From positions 2,296,001 to 2,360,000 of the forward strand of contig CM075990.1 in the NCBI GenBank assembly GCA_038087875.1: 64,000 nucleotides of DNA, read 5' to 3'. The notes below the pieces were generated by a model that saw nothing but the letters and a program-made list of their open reading frames with translations, did no database searches and was not told the origin of the DNA. A program made the position numbers and the translations under genes. Within the stretch, counting starts at the first letter, position 1; each line of letters opens with the position of its first letter. Of this stretch, positions 39,595 through 52,525 are shown one piece after another. Source of the DNA: Malacoraja senta (taxonomy: Eukaryota).

Positions 39595-40100
39595 TAGACA
39601 ATAGACAATAGGTGCAGGAGTAGGCCATTCGACCCTTCGACCCAGCACCGCCATTCAATGTGATCATGGCTGATCATCCCCAATCAGTACCCCGTTCCTG
39701 CCTTCTCCCCATATCCCTTGACTCCGCTATTTTTAAGAGCCATATCTATCTCTCTCTTGAAAGCATCCAGAGAACCTGCCTCCACCGCCCTCTGAGGCAG
39801 AGAATTCCACACTCACCACTCTCTGTGAGAAAAAGTGTTTCCTCGTCTCCGTTCTAAATGGCCGACCCCTTATTCTTAAACTGTGGCCCCTAGTTCTGGA
39901 CTCCCCCAACATCGGGAACATGTTTCCTGCCTCTAGCGTGTCCAAACCCTTAACAATCTTATATGTTTCAATGAGATGCCCTCTCATCCTTCTAAACTCC
40001 AGAGTGTACAAGCCCAGCTGCTCCATTCTCTCAGCATATGTCAGTCCCGCCATCCCGGGAATTAACCTAGTAAACCTGCGCTGCACTCCCTCAATAGCAA
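39595..40100 (-). mobile_element. CR1 LINE 3' fragment
   Basis: ORF 39733-40086. Confidence 0.9.
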
Positions 40101-40469
40101 GAGTAGGGTAGGGTAGAGGGAGACATGGAGATAAGGAAGGGTAAGGGGTGAAAACGAGATATCAAAAGGGATGTGGATCATGGATAATGTAGTATAGATC
40201 ATTGAGCTTATCTTATGTTTTGTTTGTGGAACAGCGGTTGTCCACGTTTATGTTTCGAGTCACTTTCTTATAACTTCCAAGCCAGCTGTTGCATGTTTTA
40301 GAGTGTTTTATTTCCAAGGCTGGGGCAGACACAGCGAGAACGTTGAAGAAGTTCTCTCCCCATGCAGAGAGGAGTTGCCAAAGTTGCTTCATACCGAGTT
40401 CAAGAAACTGGAAACTAGATGGACTTTAAAACTACCTGAAGTTCTCTGCCCCAAATGGAGTTTGGGTTC

Positions 40470-41090
40470 AAGTTCACAAGTTCTAAGAGCAGTAAGGCCA
40501 TTCGGCCCATCAACTCTACTCCGCCATTCAATCATGGCTGATCTATCTTTCCCTCTCAACCCCGTTCTCCTGCCTTCTCCCCATAACCCCTGACACCCAC
40601 ACTAATATCCACTGACCTGTAAAAATATCCATTGACGTCCTCCACAGCCATCTCAGGCAATGAATTCCACAGATTCACCACCCTCTGACTAAAGAAATTC
40701 CTCCTCATCTCCTTCCTAATGAACGTCCTTTCATTATGAGACTCTGACCTCTGGTCCTAGACTTTCCCACTAGTGGAAACATCCTCTCCACATCCACTCT
40801 ATCCAGGCCATTCACTATTCAGTAATTTTCAATGAGGTCCCCCCTCTTCCTTCTAAACTCCAGCGAGTACAGGCCCAGTGCTGTCAAACGCTCATCAAAT
40901 GTTAACCCATTCATTCCTGGGATCATTCTTGTTAACCTCCTCTGGACCCTCTCCAGAGCCAGCACATCTTTCCTCAGATATGGTGCCCAAAATTGCTCAC
41001 AATATTCCAAATCTGGTCTGACCAGCGCCTTGTTGAGCCTCAGCATTACATCCCTGTTTTTGTATTCTCGTCCTCTTGAAATAAAGGCTA
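40470..41090 (-). mobile_element. CR1 LINE 3' fragment
   Basis: ORF 40819-41046 (LVRPDLEYCEQFWAP). Confidence 0.9.
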
Positions 41091-41979
41091 CCCTGATCCC
41101 GGAGCCATGTCACAATCAAGGAGTCATAGTCATAGGGTCAATCAGCGTGGAAACAGGCCCTTCGGCCCAACGTGCCCAGACCAACCAACATGTCCCATCT
41201 ACACTAGTCCCACCTGCCTGCGTTTGGCCCATATCCCTCTAAACCTGTCCAAATAGTTCATAATTGTTGGGATAGTCCCGGCCTCAACTACCTCCTCCGG
41301 CAGCCCGTTCCATACACCCACCACCCTCTGTGTGAACATATTGCCCCTCAGGTTTCTATTAAATCTTAAATCTTTAAAAGCGTGGACAATAGTTTAGTCC
41401 TGCAACTGGAAAGGAAGGTATTATTTTACGTTACCTTGGACGGGCGTGTGATGCGGGTCCATTCTGAGACCAACAACCCCAGGCCAGAGAGGTCCTGTTA
41501 TCCAAGTGTCTTGCAGAGAGTCAGAGTGGCACAGCGGTAGAGTTGCTGCCTCATAGCACTCACAGCGCCGGAGACCCGGGTTCGATCCCGACTACGGGTG
41601 CTGTCTGTACGGAGTTTGTACGTTCTCCCCGTGACCACTTGGGTTTTCTCCGAGATCTTCGGTTTCCTCCCACACTCCAAAGACGTGCAGGTTTGTAGGT
41701 TAATTGACTTGGTATCAATGTAAATTGTTGACAGTGTGTGTAGGATAGTGTTGGTGTGCGGGGATCGCTGGCCGGCACGAACTCGGTGGGCCGAAGGGCC
41801 TGTATCTGTGCTACATCTCTAAACTAAACTAAACCAAAAGAGAGGTTTCCTGGTGAACTTGTTCTCATTATCCAAAGCTGCCCCACCACAGGGTGAGTAA
41901 GGGGGTGTCCGGTGGTGATGGTTTTGCTTCGTATGTTGGACAGCAACGAGCAGTAGTGACAAGCACTAGTTTTTTGTAG

Positions 41980-42400
41980 TCTATTAGCTTATTGTCAGGT
42001 GCACCGAGGTACAGTGAAAAGCTTTTGTTGCGTGCTAACCAGACAGCAGAAAGACAACACATGATTACAATTGAGCCGTTCACAGTGTAGACACATGGTA
42101 AGGGAATAACGTTTCGTGCAAGGTAAAGTCCGATCAACGATAGTCCAAGGGTCATCAAAGAGGTAGATAGTAGCTCAGGACCGCTCTCTAGTTGGGGTAG
42201 GATGGTTCAGTTGCCTGATAACAGCTGGGAAGAAACTGTTCCTGAATCTGGAGGTGTGCGTTTTCACACTTCTGTACCTTTTGCCCGATGGGAGAGGGGA
42301 GAAGAAGGAGTGGCCAGGGTGCGACTGGTCCTTGATTATGCTGCTGGCCTTGCCGAGGCAGCGCGAGGTGTAGATGGAGTCAATAGAAGGGAGGGAGATG
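41980..42400 (-). mobile_element. L2-like LINE 3' fragment
   Basis: Same tail family as 2603, 22440-22790, 33870 and 52555-53050. Confidence 0.7.
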
Positions 42401-42919
42401 CGTAGCTCGTGAGTAGCTAGTGCATAGCACTAACAAAGTAGAATGTCCAACCTCTACTTTCAAGGCTTCTACATCGAGCTTCGCCTCTTGCTGGGAGGAA
42501 TGGCGGATTCCTGTAGACTGCAGGAACTCGACTGATTTCCACTTCTCTCTCCGTGCCCGGTCGAGAAGGTCGGAGTGGAGGATCTCACCTCCCTATCTCT
42601 GTAGGTTGGATCAATGGTCTACACTCGCTCTGGCCACTGTTGCTTGGAGCTCTCTGTGTCTCCTCCACAAACAGTGAGCTACGCCTCTATGCCTACAGTC
42701 CCTCAGCTCAATCTCTGCTGCAAGCCCTTTTGTTCTCTCGTGTCTGTCTCTGCATTTGTACTTTAATCTTTGCCTGTTAACCTTTGATCTATCTGTTTTA
42801 CTAATATGTATGGCGTCACCTTTGAACCTTGCACTTGACCAAGGCACACACTATTACTGAAGGCAAATATATCCAAGATATTGCTCACAGCAATTGCTGT
42901 TTGTAAATATTCAGCACAA

Positions 42920-43445
42920 GTTCACGTAATAGAAGTAGAATAAGGCCATTCGGCCCATCGAGTCCATTCATTCATGGCTGATCTCTGCCTCCTAATCCCA
43001 TTTTCCTGCCTTCTCCCCATAACCCTTGACACCCGTTCTAATCAAGAATTTGTCTATCTCTGCCTTAAAAATATCCACTGACTTGGCCTCCACAGCCCTC
43101 TGTGGCAATCAGTTCCACAGATTAACTACCCTCTGACTAAAGAAGTTCCTCCTCACCTCCTTTCTAAAAGAGCGCCCTTTAATTCTGAGGCTGTGACCTC
43201 TAGTCCTAGACTCTCCCACCAGTGGAAACATCCTCTCCACATCCACTCTATGCCTTTCATCATTGTAAGTTTCAATGAGGTCCCCCCTCAACCTTCTAAA
43301 CTCCAACGAGTTGTGGCCCAGTGCCGTCAAACACTCATCATATACTAACCCACTCATTCCTGGAATCGTTCTTGTAAACATCCTTTGGACCCTCTCCAGA
43401 GCCAGTATATCCTTCCTCAGATATGGGGCCCAAATCTGCTCACAG
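42920..43445 (-). mobile_element. CR1 LINE 3' fragment
   Basis: ORF 43109-43381. Confidence 0.9.
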
Positions 43446-43496
43446 CATGGTGAATGTAGAATTTTTCACCGTTTTGTGGCAAATATTTTCTCCGCA

Positions 43497-43561
43497 TACA
43501 CTGACCTTCACTGGGGTACAGGTCACACACACACACACACTGGCCCTCACTGGGGTACAGG

Positions 43562-43659
<98 letters not shown>

Positions 43660-44019
43660 ACCCTCACTGTGGTACAGGTCCCACACACACACACACTGGC
43701 CCTCACTGGGGTACAGGTCCCACACACACACACTGACCCTCACTGTGGTACAGGTCCCACACACACACACTGACCCTCACTGTGGTACAGGTCCCACACA
43801 CACACACACTGGCCCTCACTGGGGTACAGGTCCCACACACACACACACTGACCCTCACTGTGGTACAGGTCCCACACACACACACTGACGCTCACTGTGG
43901 TACAGGTCACACACACACACACACACTGGCCCTCACTGGGGTACAGGTCCCACACACACACACTGACCCTCACTGTGGTACAGGTCCCACACACACACAC
44001 ACACTGGCCCTCACTGGGG
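43497..44019. repeat. minisatellite CTG(A/G)CCCTCACTG(T/G)GGTACAGGTC-(CA)n, about 13 units
   Basis: Seen directly. Confidence 0.95.
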
Positions 44020-44279
44020 CTCCACCCTGTGAATTTAACATGAAGGATGTCAACCAAAAATAAATCAACTGACCACTGGTTAGTTGGAAATTTCCGCTTC
44101 CTCCACACTGTCCTACTGAACATTTTCATCCGGGCTGGATGAACTTTTTCCAGCTCTGAGCTCTAACACGTCTTAACCCCGACCTCCGAGAATCAGCCAA
44201 GAAGGGACTTCCCCCATTACTTGATCCATGAAGGTCTCTTGATACTGCCCTTGGTCAGAAATATGTCCAATGAAACCAG

Positions 44280-44650
44280 GTGTCATGCCCAGCTCTTGGT
44301 ACCCAAGCCCAGATCTAGGTAGCCATGCCCGTCTAGGTAGCCATGCCTAGCACTAGGTAGCCATGCCCAGCACTGAGTAGCCAAGCCCAGCACTTGGTAG
44401 CCATGCCCAGCTCTAGGTAGCCATGCCCATAGAGGTAGCCATGCCCAGATCTAGGTAGCCATGCCCATCGAGGTAGCCATGCCCAGCACTAGGTAGCCAA
44501 GCCCAGCACTTGGTACACATGCTCAAATCTAGGTAGCCACTCCCAGCACGATGTAGCCAAGCCCAGCTGTGACTAGCCAGGCCCAGTGGAACTGGGTAGC
44601 CATTTCCAGATCTATGTAGCCATGCCCATATTTAGGTCTCCATGCCCAGC
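44280..44650. repeat. ~18-20 bp minisatellite CTAGGTAGCCATGCCCAGCA
   Basis: Seen directly. It decays toward the 3' end. Confidence 0.9.
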
Positions 44651-44851
44651 CCCACTGGCTTGCCCAGTCCAGGGTCCATTGGCCCAGTTGTGCTGCAGGT
44701 GTGTCCAGGTGTGTGTGTCCAGGTAGAGGTGGTGCTGGTCCATGGGTTGACGTTACATCTACTGCACCTCCTGTAGTTGACTGCACGCCACACTCTACCC
44801 TGTACTCAATCATCTTCTCTCTCCTCCATTCCCTTGCCGTTGCCTCTTCAG

Positions 44852-44935
44852 AAGCGGAATATAAGTCCGGAGGAAATAGATTTAAAGAATGAACCTTGGT
44901 ATAAATTCTTTTCGGAGCTGGAATTCGGCAAACCG
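44852..44935 (+). CDS. SORBS1: SORBS1 84-nt exon (KRNISPEEIDLKNEPWYKFFSELEFGKP)
   Basis: Near-identical to the recalled human SORBS1 peptide. cag| and CCG|gtaagt, phase 0-0. Confidence 0.95.
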
Positions 44936-46274
44936 GTAAGTCAACGGCTGGCCGGCGCTGTGGTTGGTTGGGTGATTATTATGTCAGCGTACTGGTCCTT
45001 GGCCAATGGGGTGGAGTGTTTCTCCAGCGATGGCGGTCTCTTTAAATCGTTTACCCGCATCATTGGATTGAAGCTGGCAAAGCTGCATTGTTGTGGAGTC
45101 TTGACCTGTGGTAATCTGGGGACATGGGAACCAGCATTCACCCTTCCTTCTGGCCGGCTCAATAACTCGGGCCCCAACGCCCCTCTCAAAACACCCTGCC
45201 TCACCCTCCTCCGTCCCGCCTCCCCATCCCCACCTCACCCTGCCCACTTCCCAATCCCCTCTACTACCCTCCCCTCACTCCACTCCTTGCCCTCTCCTCC
45301 TCACCCACTTCCTCCCCCTCCACACTCCACCCCTCCCCCTCCCTCTCACCCCACCTTGCCCACTCCCCCTTGCCCTTCCCCAATCCCCCTCCCCCCCGCA
45401 TCCCCTCCTCTCATCCCCCTCCCCTCCTTAATCCCCCTTCCCCTCTTCCCTCTCTCCCCCTCCTCTCCCTCCACTTTCCATCCCTCCCTACCTCCTCTAC
45501 CCCCCTCCTTTACCCCCTGCCCCCCATCTACCATCTGCCCTCTCCCTATCCCCCCCTCTTGCCTGCACCCTCCATGCCTGCGTCTCCGCACCCTCTCTCG
45601 ACCCCCCCATCCATACCACACCCATGTTCAATGATGTCCCATGTCTGGAAAGAGCAGCCCCCGTTCTCCCCCCCAACCCCCCCGAGAGAGGGATGGTGGG
45701 TGGGTGAGGGGATGGGGGGGGGGGGGGGGGTGTAGAGAGTGGCAGCCCAGTGCCCTGGTGCGGTGAGGTGGTTAGTGAGCCTGTTGCAGTGAGAGTGTCT
45801 TGTCATGGTGTCCCGACAGGGTGAGACCGGGCAAGAGAGTCCTAACAAAGCCCTTGTGCCGTCACCTCCCAGTGAGGGGGCAACACGGTGGTGCAGCGGT
45901 AGAGTTGCTGCCTCACAGCGCCAGAGACCCGGGTTCCATCCTGACCACGGATGCTGGCTGAATTTGTACGTACACCCCGGGACCTGCGTGGGTTTTCCCC
46001 AGGTGCTCCGGTTTCCTCCCACACTCTAAAGACGTGCAGGTTTGCAGGTCAATTGTCTTTGGTCACATTACAAATTATCCCCAGTGTGTGTAGGATAGCA
46101 CCAGTGTGTGGGGATCGCTGGTCGGCAAGGACTCGATGGGCTGAAGGGCCTGTTTCCGCGCTGTATCTCTAACATATAAAGTATTGGATATATTCATTCA
46201 CGGAAGTTGGAAATCTAGAAATGGTGCTATGTTGAACCCTTGGTCTGTAGAAGCAGAGAGTTGGTGGAGATTTA

Positions 46275-46643
46275 AGCGCCTGTCGCACTTACCCGACCTT
46301 TACAGGCGACCGCCGGCACCCGTGAGAGGTCGCTGAAATTTTCAACATGTTGAAAATTCAGCGGCGATCAGAAAGATGCTACGACTCTTTGGAGACCTCT
46401 CACGACCATGGGAGACCTCTCACAACCATAGGAGACCTCTCACGACCATAGGAGACCTCTCACGGCCATACAGGCTGTCCGGTTGTGAGAGGTCTCCTAT
46501 GGTCGTGAGAGGTCTCCTATGGTTGTGAGAGGTCTCCAAAGAGTCGTAGCGTCTTTCTGGTCACCGCTGAATTTTCAACATGTTGAAAATGTTGGCGACC
46601 TATCACGGTCGCCTGTGAAGGTTGCGTAAGTGGGACAGGCCCT
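46275..46643. mobile_element. palindromic Harbinger-type MITE with internal 20-bp repeats (copy at about 55263-55632)
   Basis: Degenerate left TIR and right TIR AAGTGGGACAGGCCCT. GGAGACCTCTCACGACCATA occurs x4 facing x3 inverted copies. Confidence 0.75.
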
Positions 46644-48022
46644 TCAGACATTTTTTTAGAAAGTTTAGAGATAAAACTTGCCGCCCCAAACTAAATTGGT
46701 AAGAACGGGTGATGGATGGTTGGCATGGACTCGGTGGGCCGAAGGGCCTGCTTCCGCGCTGCATCTCTAAACTGTAGGTTCCCCAGACGGTCCATGTCCC
46801 CGGGCAGTGGAGGAAATGTACCATTAAAGCTGGCGAGACATCAACAACTGTGAGCTGAGGACACAGCTTTGTCAGCCAATTTCTCAATGGTTGCTACTAA
46901 ACAGGAAACGATCGCAAATGCAACATGCAATAAAAGGCAGGGTGGCGCAGCGGTAGAGTTGCTGCCTTACTGCGCCAGTTACACGGGTTCGATCCTGACC
47001 ACGGATGCTATCTGTACGGAGTTTGTACATTCTCCCCGTGACCTGGGTGCTGCGGTTTTCTCCGGGTGCTGCGGTTTCCTCCCACATCCCAAAGACGCAA
47101 AAATAATGTAGGTTAATTGGCTTGGTAAAATTGTAAATTGTCCCAAGTGCGTGGAGAATAGTGCTAGTGTGTGGGGATCGCTGGTCAGCGCAGACTCGGT
47201 GGGCTGAAGGGCCTGTTTCCGCTCTGTATCTCTAAACCAAACTGAACTAAACTGAAAGACTTGGTTTAGTTTGGAGATACAGGATGGGAGTTGAACTGAA
47301 CTGAACACAAGGTGACGCTTCAGGTCAATCCTCTCTGTCGCTAGCCCCAGCATTAATTAGACCCCCAACTCCTGCAAACTGGTAACAAAACAGTCCATTT
47401 CCTGGAAATCACACTGCCCCACCCATTTCTCCCATTTTCCCCTCCTCTGGGCCCCTCCGCCTATATTCCTTCCTCCGGCTTCACAATTCGCACCCTTCTA
47501 TCCTTACCTCACACTTTTTGTCTCTTCATCTCTTGCCTATGTTCCAACCATCCCTTCCCCCCCTCACCTGTGTCCACCTATTACCTGCCACGCCTTGTCC
47601 TGCCCCTCCCCTCTCCAGCTTTCTTTTTTTCATCCCCCCCCCACCCAAACATTAAGTCTGAAGAAAGGTCCTGACCCGAAACGTCACCTATCCATGTTCT
47701 TTAGACTTTAGAGATACAGCGCGGAAACAGGCCCTTCAGCCCAGGAGTGCGAGCCAACCAGCGATCACCCCGTACACTACCACTATCTTACACTCTAAAC
47801 TCAAACAAAACCTTGTCACTGTACCTCAGTACACGCGACTATAAACTCAACTCAAACACTCGCGACTATTTACCTTTTAAGCTACAAACCTGTCCGTCTT
47901 TGGATTGTGGGAGGAAACCAGAGCACCCGGAGAAAACACACGCGGGGTCACAGGGAGAACGTACAAACTCCGTACAGACAGCACCCATAGTCAGGATCGA
48001 ACCCGGGTCTCTGGTGCTGTAA

Positions 48023-48412
48023 AGGGCCTGTTCCACTTAGGAGACCTAAACAGCAACCTCTGGTGACCTTGCCCGCCACCCAAACGAAAATCAAGGTCGA
48101 GGTGACCTGCAACCTCCTACCACCTCCCACGCATATGTTGAAAACCTTCCTCGACTATGAAGAAAAGCTGCTTCGACCAGACCTGCGACTAAAAAATGAT
48201 TGATTTTTAAAACGGCAACCTATTTTTAGTCGAGGCCGGTTTGAAACATGATGAAAAAATAGCAGCAACCTAGATGAAGCCTCGACCACGCGGAAACCAC
48301 TTTCGACCATTAGGGAGAGTGACCAAAACCTCCGGTGACCTCATGGAAACCTTGGGTGGCGGGCAAGGTCACCAGAGGTTGCCGTTTAGGTCTTCTAAGT
48401 GGGACAGGAACT
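48023..48412. mobile_element. Harbinger-type MITE inserted in a V-SINE, with TAA target-site duplication
   Basis: ctgTAA|AGGGCCTGTTCCACTTAG..CTAAGTGGGACAGGAACT|TAAggcagc. Confidence 0.85.
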
Positions 48413-48881
48413 TAAGGCAGCAACTCTACCGCTGCGCCACCATGCCCGACCCGCAGAGTTACTCCAGCACTTTGCGTGCTCACTTGGTGGTCTGCATTTC
48501 TCCGACAGGGCTGTCTTCTAGACCACGGTCTTACGTCCGAGCAGTGGCTCCTGGCATGGGTCCTGAAAGCTGGCCGCGGGATTTTCACCCCCTTGGGTCC
48601 ATTGTGTAGGAAGGAACTGCAGATGCTGGTTTAAACCGAGGATAGACACAAAAAGCTGGAGTAACTCAGCGGGACAGGCAGCCTCTCTGGAGAGAAGGAA
48701 TGGGTGACGGTTCGGGTTGAGACCGTCTGAAGAAGGGCTTCGACCCAAAATGTCACCCATTCCTTCTCTCCAGGGAGGCTGCCTGTCCCGCTAGGTTCCT
48801 CCAGCTTGATGTGTCTACCCTTGGGTGGATTGTTCCTTGTGTTGACTTGCTCTCTTCATTTCCTCCTTTGCTCTTTATCAG

Positions 48882-48948
48882 CCTCCAAAAAAAGATCTGG
48901 GATTATGCACCGGGCGAGTGCTCCATCCTTACTTTAGAGGATGGGAAG
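48882..48948 (+). CDS. SORBS1: SORBS1 exon (PPKKIWDYAPGECSILTLEDGK), copy 1, with one extra A
   Basis: atcag| and AAG|gtaact. 67 nt with an A7 run, versus A6 in copy 2. Confidence 0.85.
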
Positions 48949-51595
48949 GTAACTTGTGTAGCTGTATCTCTGATGTGCTGTGTGGCCATGCCTTGTCCAA
49001 GAGCATTAACCCTTCAGACGCTGCAACCCATCAGCTTCTGAAAGACGGAGCCACGAGACCCAGGCTGGGGGTGAAGTTCTATCTTTCAGAGGCTGGTTTG
49101 TCAGGCTTCCATGTTTTGCATCTCCGACTCTGAGCATTTGTACTTCTGTTTGGTTCCTTTCTTTTTAACATTTGCATTTGGCATTGACTCCCTGCTTCCA
49201 AGACCATCGCAGATTGATTCACCGTATGTTGTTGCCGTGTGCTTGTTGTGGTGCATGGGGCAATTGTGTATAAGTGGTCCCTGCTGTGAAGGTTTGAACG
49301 CGGGGCGGTACCGTGGCGTAGCGGTAGTGCTGTGGCCTTACAGCGCCAGAGACCCGGGTTCGATCCTGACTCTGTACGCCCCACGTACAGTTCTCCCCGT
49401 GACCTGTGTGGGTTTTCTCCGAGTTCTTCGGTTTCCTCCCACACTCCAAAGACGTACAGATTTGTAGGTTAATTGGCCTGGTGTAAATGTAAATTGTCCC
49501 GCGTGTGTGTAGGGTGGTGTTAATGTGCGGGGATCGCTGGCCAGTGCGGACTCGGTGGGCCGAAGGGCCTGTTTCCGCACTGTATCTCTAAACTAAATTG
49601 CCTTAGCTCAGCCACGTTTAAGAGAGGATTCCGTTCCTTGTAACATCGACACAGAGTCTTACAGTGTGGAAACAGGCCCTTCGGCCCAACTTATCAATGC
49701 CGACCAACATACACTAGTCCCACCTGCCCGCGCTTGGCCTACATCCCTCTAAACCTGTCCAAACATTAGACCTGTCCAAATGTCTTTTAAATGTTCTACC
49801 ACCTTCCTCAACTACCCTCTCTGGCAGTTCGTTCCATATACCCACCACGCCCTGTTTGAAAGAATGTCCCAGATAGATACAAAATGCTGGAGTAACTCAG
49901 CGGGTCAGGCAGCATCTCTGGAGAGAAGGAATGGGTGACGTTTTGGGTCGAGACCCTTCTTCAGACTTCTCTCCAGAGATGCTGCCTGTTACTCCAGCAT
50001 TTTGTGTCTACCTTCAATTTAAACAAGCATCTGCAGTTCTTTCCTACACGGAAATACTTTCCCCTAAGGTGCCTTTTAAATCTTGCCTCTCTCACCTTAA
50101 ACCTAGTTCTTGATTCACCTACTCTAGGTAAAAGACCCTGTGATTGCATCCTATCTATTGAGGAAACCTCCCAGCACAGCAGTAGAGTTGCTGCCTAAAG
50201 GCTCTGTCTTAAAGGCCTGTCTCACGAGTCTGCGGTCATTGGCGGCGAAACGGGAAGAGTCTACCGTTCCTGGGCCGCCATAGACCGCGCACTCGTGAGA
50301 ACGCACAATTCCGGGGCCGTGCGGCGTTGTTCCCAACACCGCACGGTGCTAAAATAAAGCCAACACTGTTCAAAAATATGTCCCTACCGCACAGCCTCCG
50401 CCAGTGAGGCACGAGTGCAGCACGGCCGCCGCCACAGCCTCCACCAGTGTGGCTCGAGCGCCGTGCGTCGAACTTGCACCGCCACAGCCTCCGCCAGTGA
50501 GGCACGTGTGCGGCACGGCCGCCGGCACAGCCACCGCTACAGCGCCGCGATCAGGACGGCCGCCGCCACAGCCGCCGCTTGTGAGTCACGTGCGGCGGGC
50601 CGATGTCATCGCAGTCGGCCCGCCCTTTTTTTTTACTTACCGCAAGCACGTGGGACCAGCCGTATTTAAATCACTCGGCCCCCGCGCAGCATCCGTGCGG
50701 CGCTCCCGTGGCATACTGTGCCAGAGACCCGTGTCCAATCTTGCCTGCAGATGCTGTCTGTACAGAGTTTGCATGTTCTCCCTGTGACTCCTGAGTTTCC
50801 TCCCACACTCCAAAGACGTGCGGGTTTGTAGGTCAATTGGCTTCTGTAAATTATCCCTAGTGTCTAGGATAGAACTAGTGTGAATGGGTGATCGCTGGTC
50901 GGCATAGTCTTGGTGGGCCGAAGGGCCTGTTCCCAACGCTGTATCTCTAAACTTAACTAAAGACCTATGCGGGGAAAGGTGGGCTTGTGAGTTAGGTGCG
51001 GGCAGTTGGAACGTGAGATGTTTGCCTCATGGATAGAAACCAGGAGGAATAGACCTCTCAACTCCCAGAGAAACATCCACATTGAGTCCATACCAGTCTG
51101 CGGTGAAGTGTGGGCAGACCACGGACAAGTCTATGGACATGTACCTTGGGTCCCTCACTGGGAGGGGAGGGAATGGGTCAAGTGTTGAGCGATCTGTACA
51201 GGGAAACCCTCAGCCCATGTATATTGAGGGCTGGGGCACGAGTTGCACTTCATCTCCCCATCCATCCCACCAGCCTCAACGTGATACTTCCACAATCAAT
51301 ACATGGGTCACATGAGTGAGTGGGAATGTCTCCATCAGGGAGTTTTGGCTCCCAATGGATCATTGAAACGTTTAATTATAAAAGAATCAAGTTGCGTTGC
51401 CTGTTGCGTGTGGGTTTGACGGGAGCTTCTCAACGTTGATGTTGGGTTTGGTCCCTCAGCGCTGTGACCCTTGGATTGTGGTGTAACTCTTGAGTTCTTC
51501 TCTCAACTGCCCTGCCCTGGTCTACGTGGCTTCTTTAACATGCTGGGCCCCGTTGGCTTCATTTGCTCAAACTGAACTTCCCATTTCTCTTCTTC

Positions 51596-51634
<39 letters not shown>

Positions 51635-51658
51635 CCTCCCCCTCCTTTTTTCAATCAG

Positions 51659-51760
51659 GATCAGCTAGAGAAAGACCTGTCCCTCTACCAGGCTGAGCTA
51701 AACACAGACTTAGAAAACCTGGAGAAGCATTTTAGAAGCGAGGACCCTCGTTCATGGAAG
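51659..51760 (+). CDS. SORBS1: SORBS1 102-nt exon (DQLEKDLSLYQAELNTDLENLEKHFRSEDPRSWK), copy 1, intact
   Basis: (ct)n tract, atcag| and AAG|gtactc, phase 0-0. Resembles human LDKDLSLCQTELEADLEKME. Confidence 0.9.
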
Positions 51761-52337
51761 GTACTCTTCACTTTCTCACTGTTGATCCGTTCGTTGCAGC
51801 GTTCATTAACCTTGCCGCTTGCCGGGAATAAAAATAACCTGAGCAATCAAGCAGATGACACGAGGAGATGCTAGAATCTTGCATTGAACACCATGCAATA
51901 GACAATAGACAATCGGTGCAGGAGTAGGCCATTCGGCCCTTCGAGCCAGCACCGCAAGCTGGAGTAAGCATGGTGGTAGAGTTGCTGGAACGCCAGAGAC
52001 CCGGGTTCGATCCCAACTTTGGGTGCTGTCTGTATGGAGTTTGCACGTTCTCCCCGTGACCACATGTATTATCTCTGGATGCTCCGGTTTTACACTGCAC
52101 CCCAAAGATGCACAGGTTTATAGGTTAATTGGCAGTAAAATTGTAAATTGTGTGTAGGATAGTGCTAGTGTGCGGGGATCGCTGGTCGGTGGGCTGGAGG
52201 ACCTGTTTCCACTGTGTATCTCTAAACTAAACTAAACTCAGCAGGTCAGGCAGCATCTCTGATGGACATGGATAGAGGATGATTTGGTTTGGGGCCCTTC
52301 TTCTGACGTCTTCGAGCCTGAAGAAATGTCCCGACCT

Positions 52338-52525
52338 GAAACGTCATGTTCTCCACAGATGCTGCCTGACCCGCTGAGTTACTCCAGCACTCTGTGAAAC
52401 GTCACCTATCCATGTTCTCCACAGATGCTGCCTGACCCGCTGAGTTACTCCAGCACTCTGTGAAACGTCACCTATCCATGTTCTCCACAGATGCTGCCTG
52501 ACCCGCTGAGTTACTCCAGCACTCG
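52338..52525. repeat. ~66-bp tandem repeat derived from a Penelope-like 3' end
   Basis: Unit TGAAACGTCACCTATCCATGTTCTCCACAGATGCTGCCTGACCCGCTGAGTTACTCCAGCACTCTG. About 3 units here and more at 61313-62710. Confidence 0.85.

Noticed and set aside
40303..40593. 96-aa ORF or possible exon after tttccaag
   Set aside because: The phase-0 reading hits a stop with no suitable donor, and the 3' part runs into a CR1.
43497..44019. CRISPR-like repeat/spacer pattern
   Set aside because: The spacers are just (CA)n, the DNA is eukaryotic intron, and there are no cas genes.
52338..52525. Tandem units as a retrozyme-like ribozyme array
   Set aside because: The units keep GAAACGTC but lack the CUGANGA box and stem II. 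Only the first junction has a full motif.
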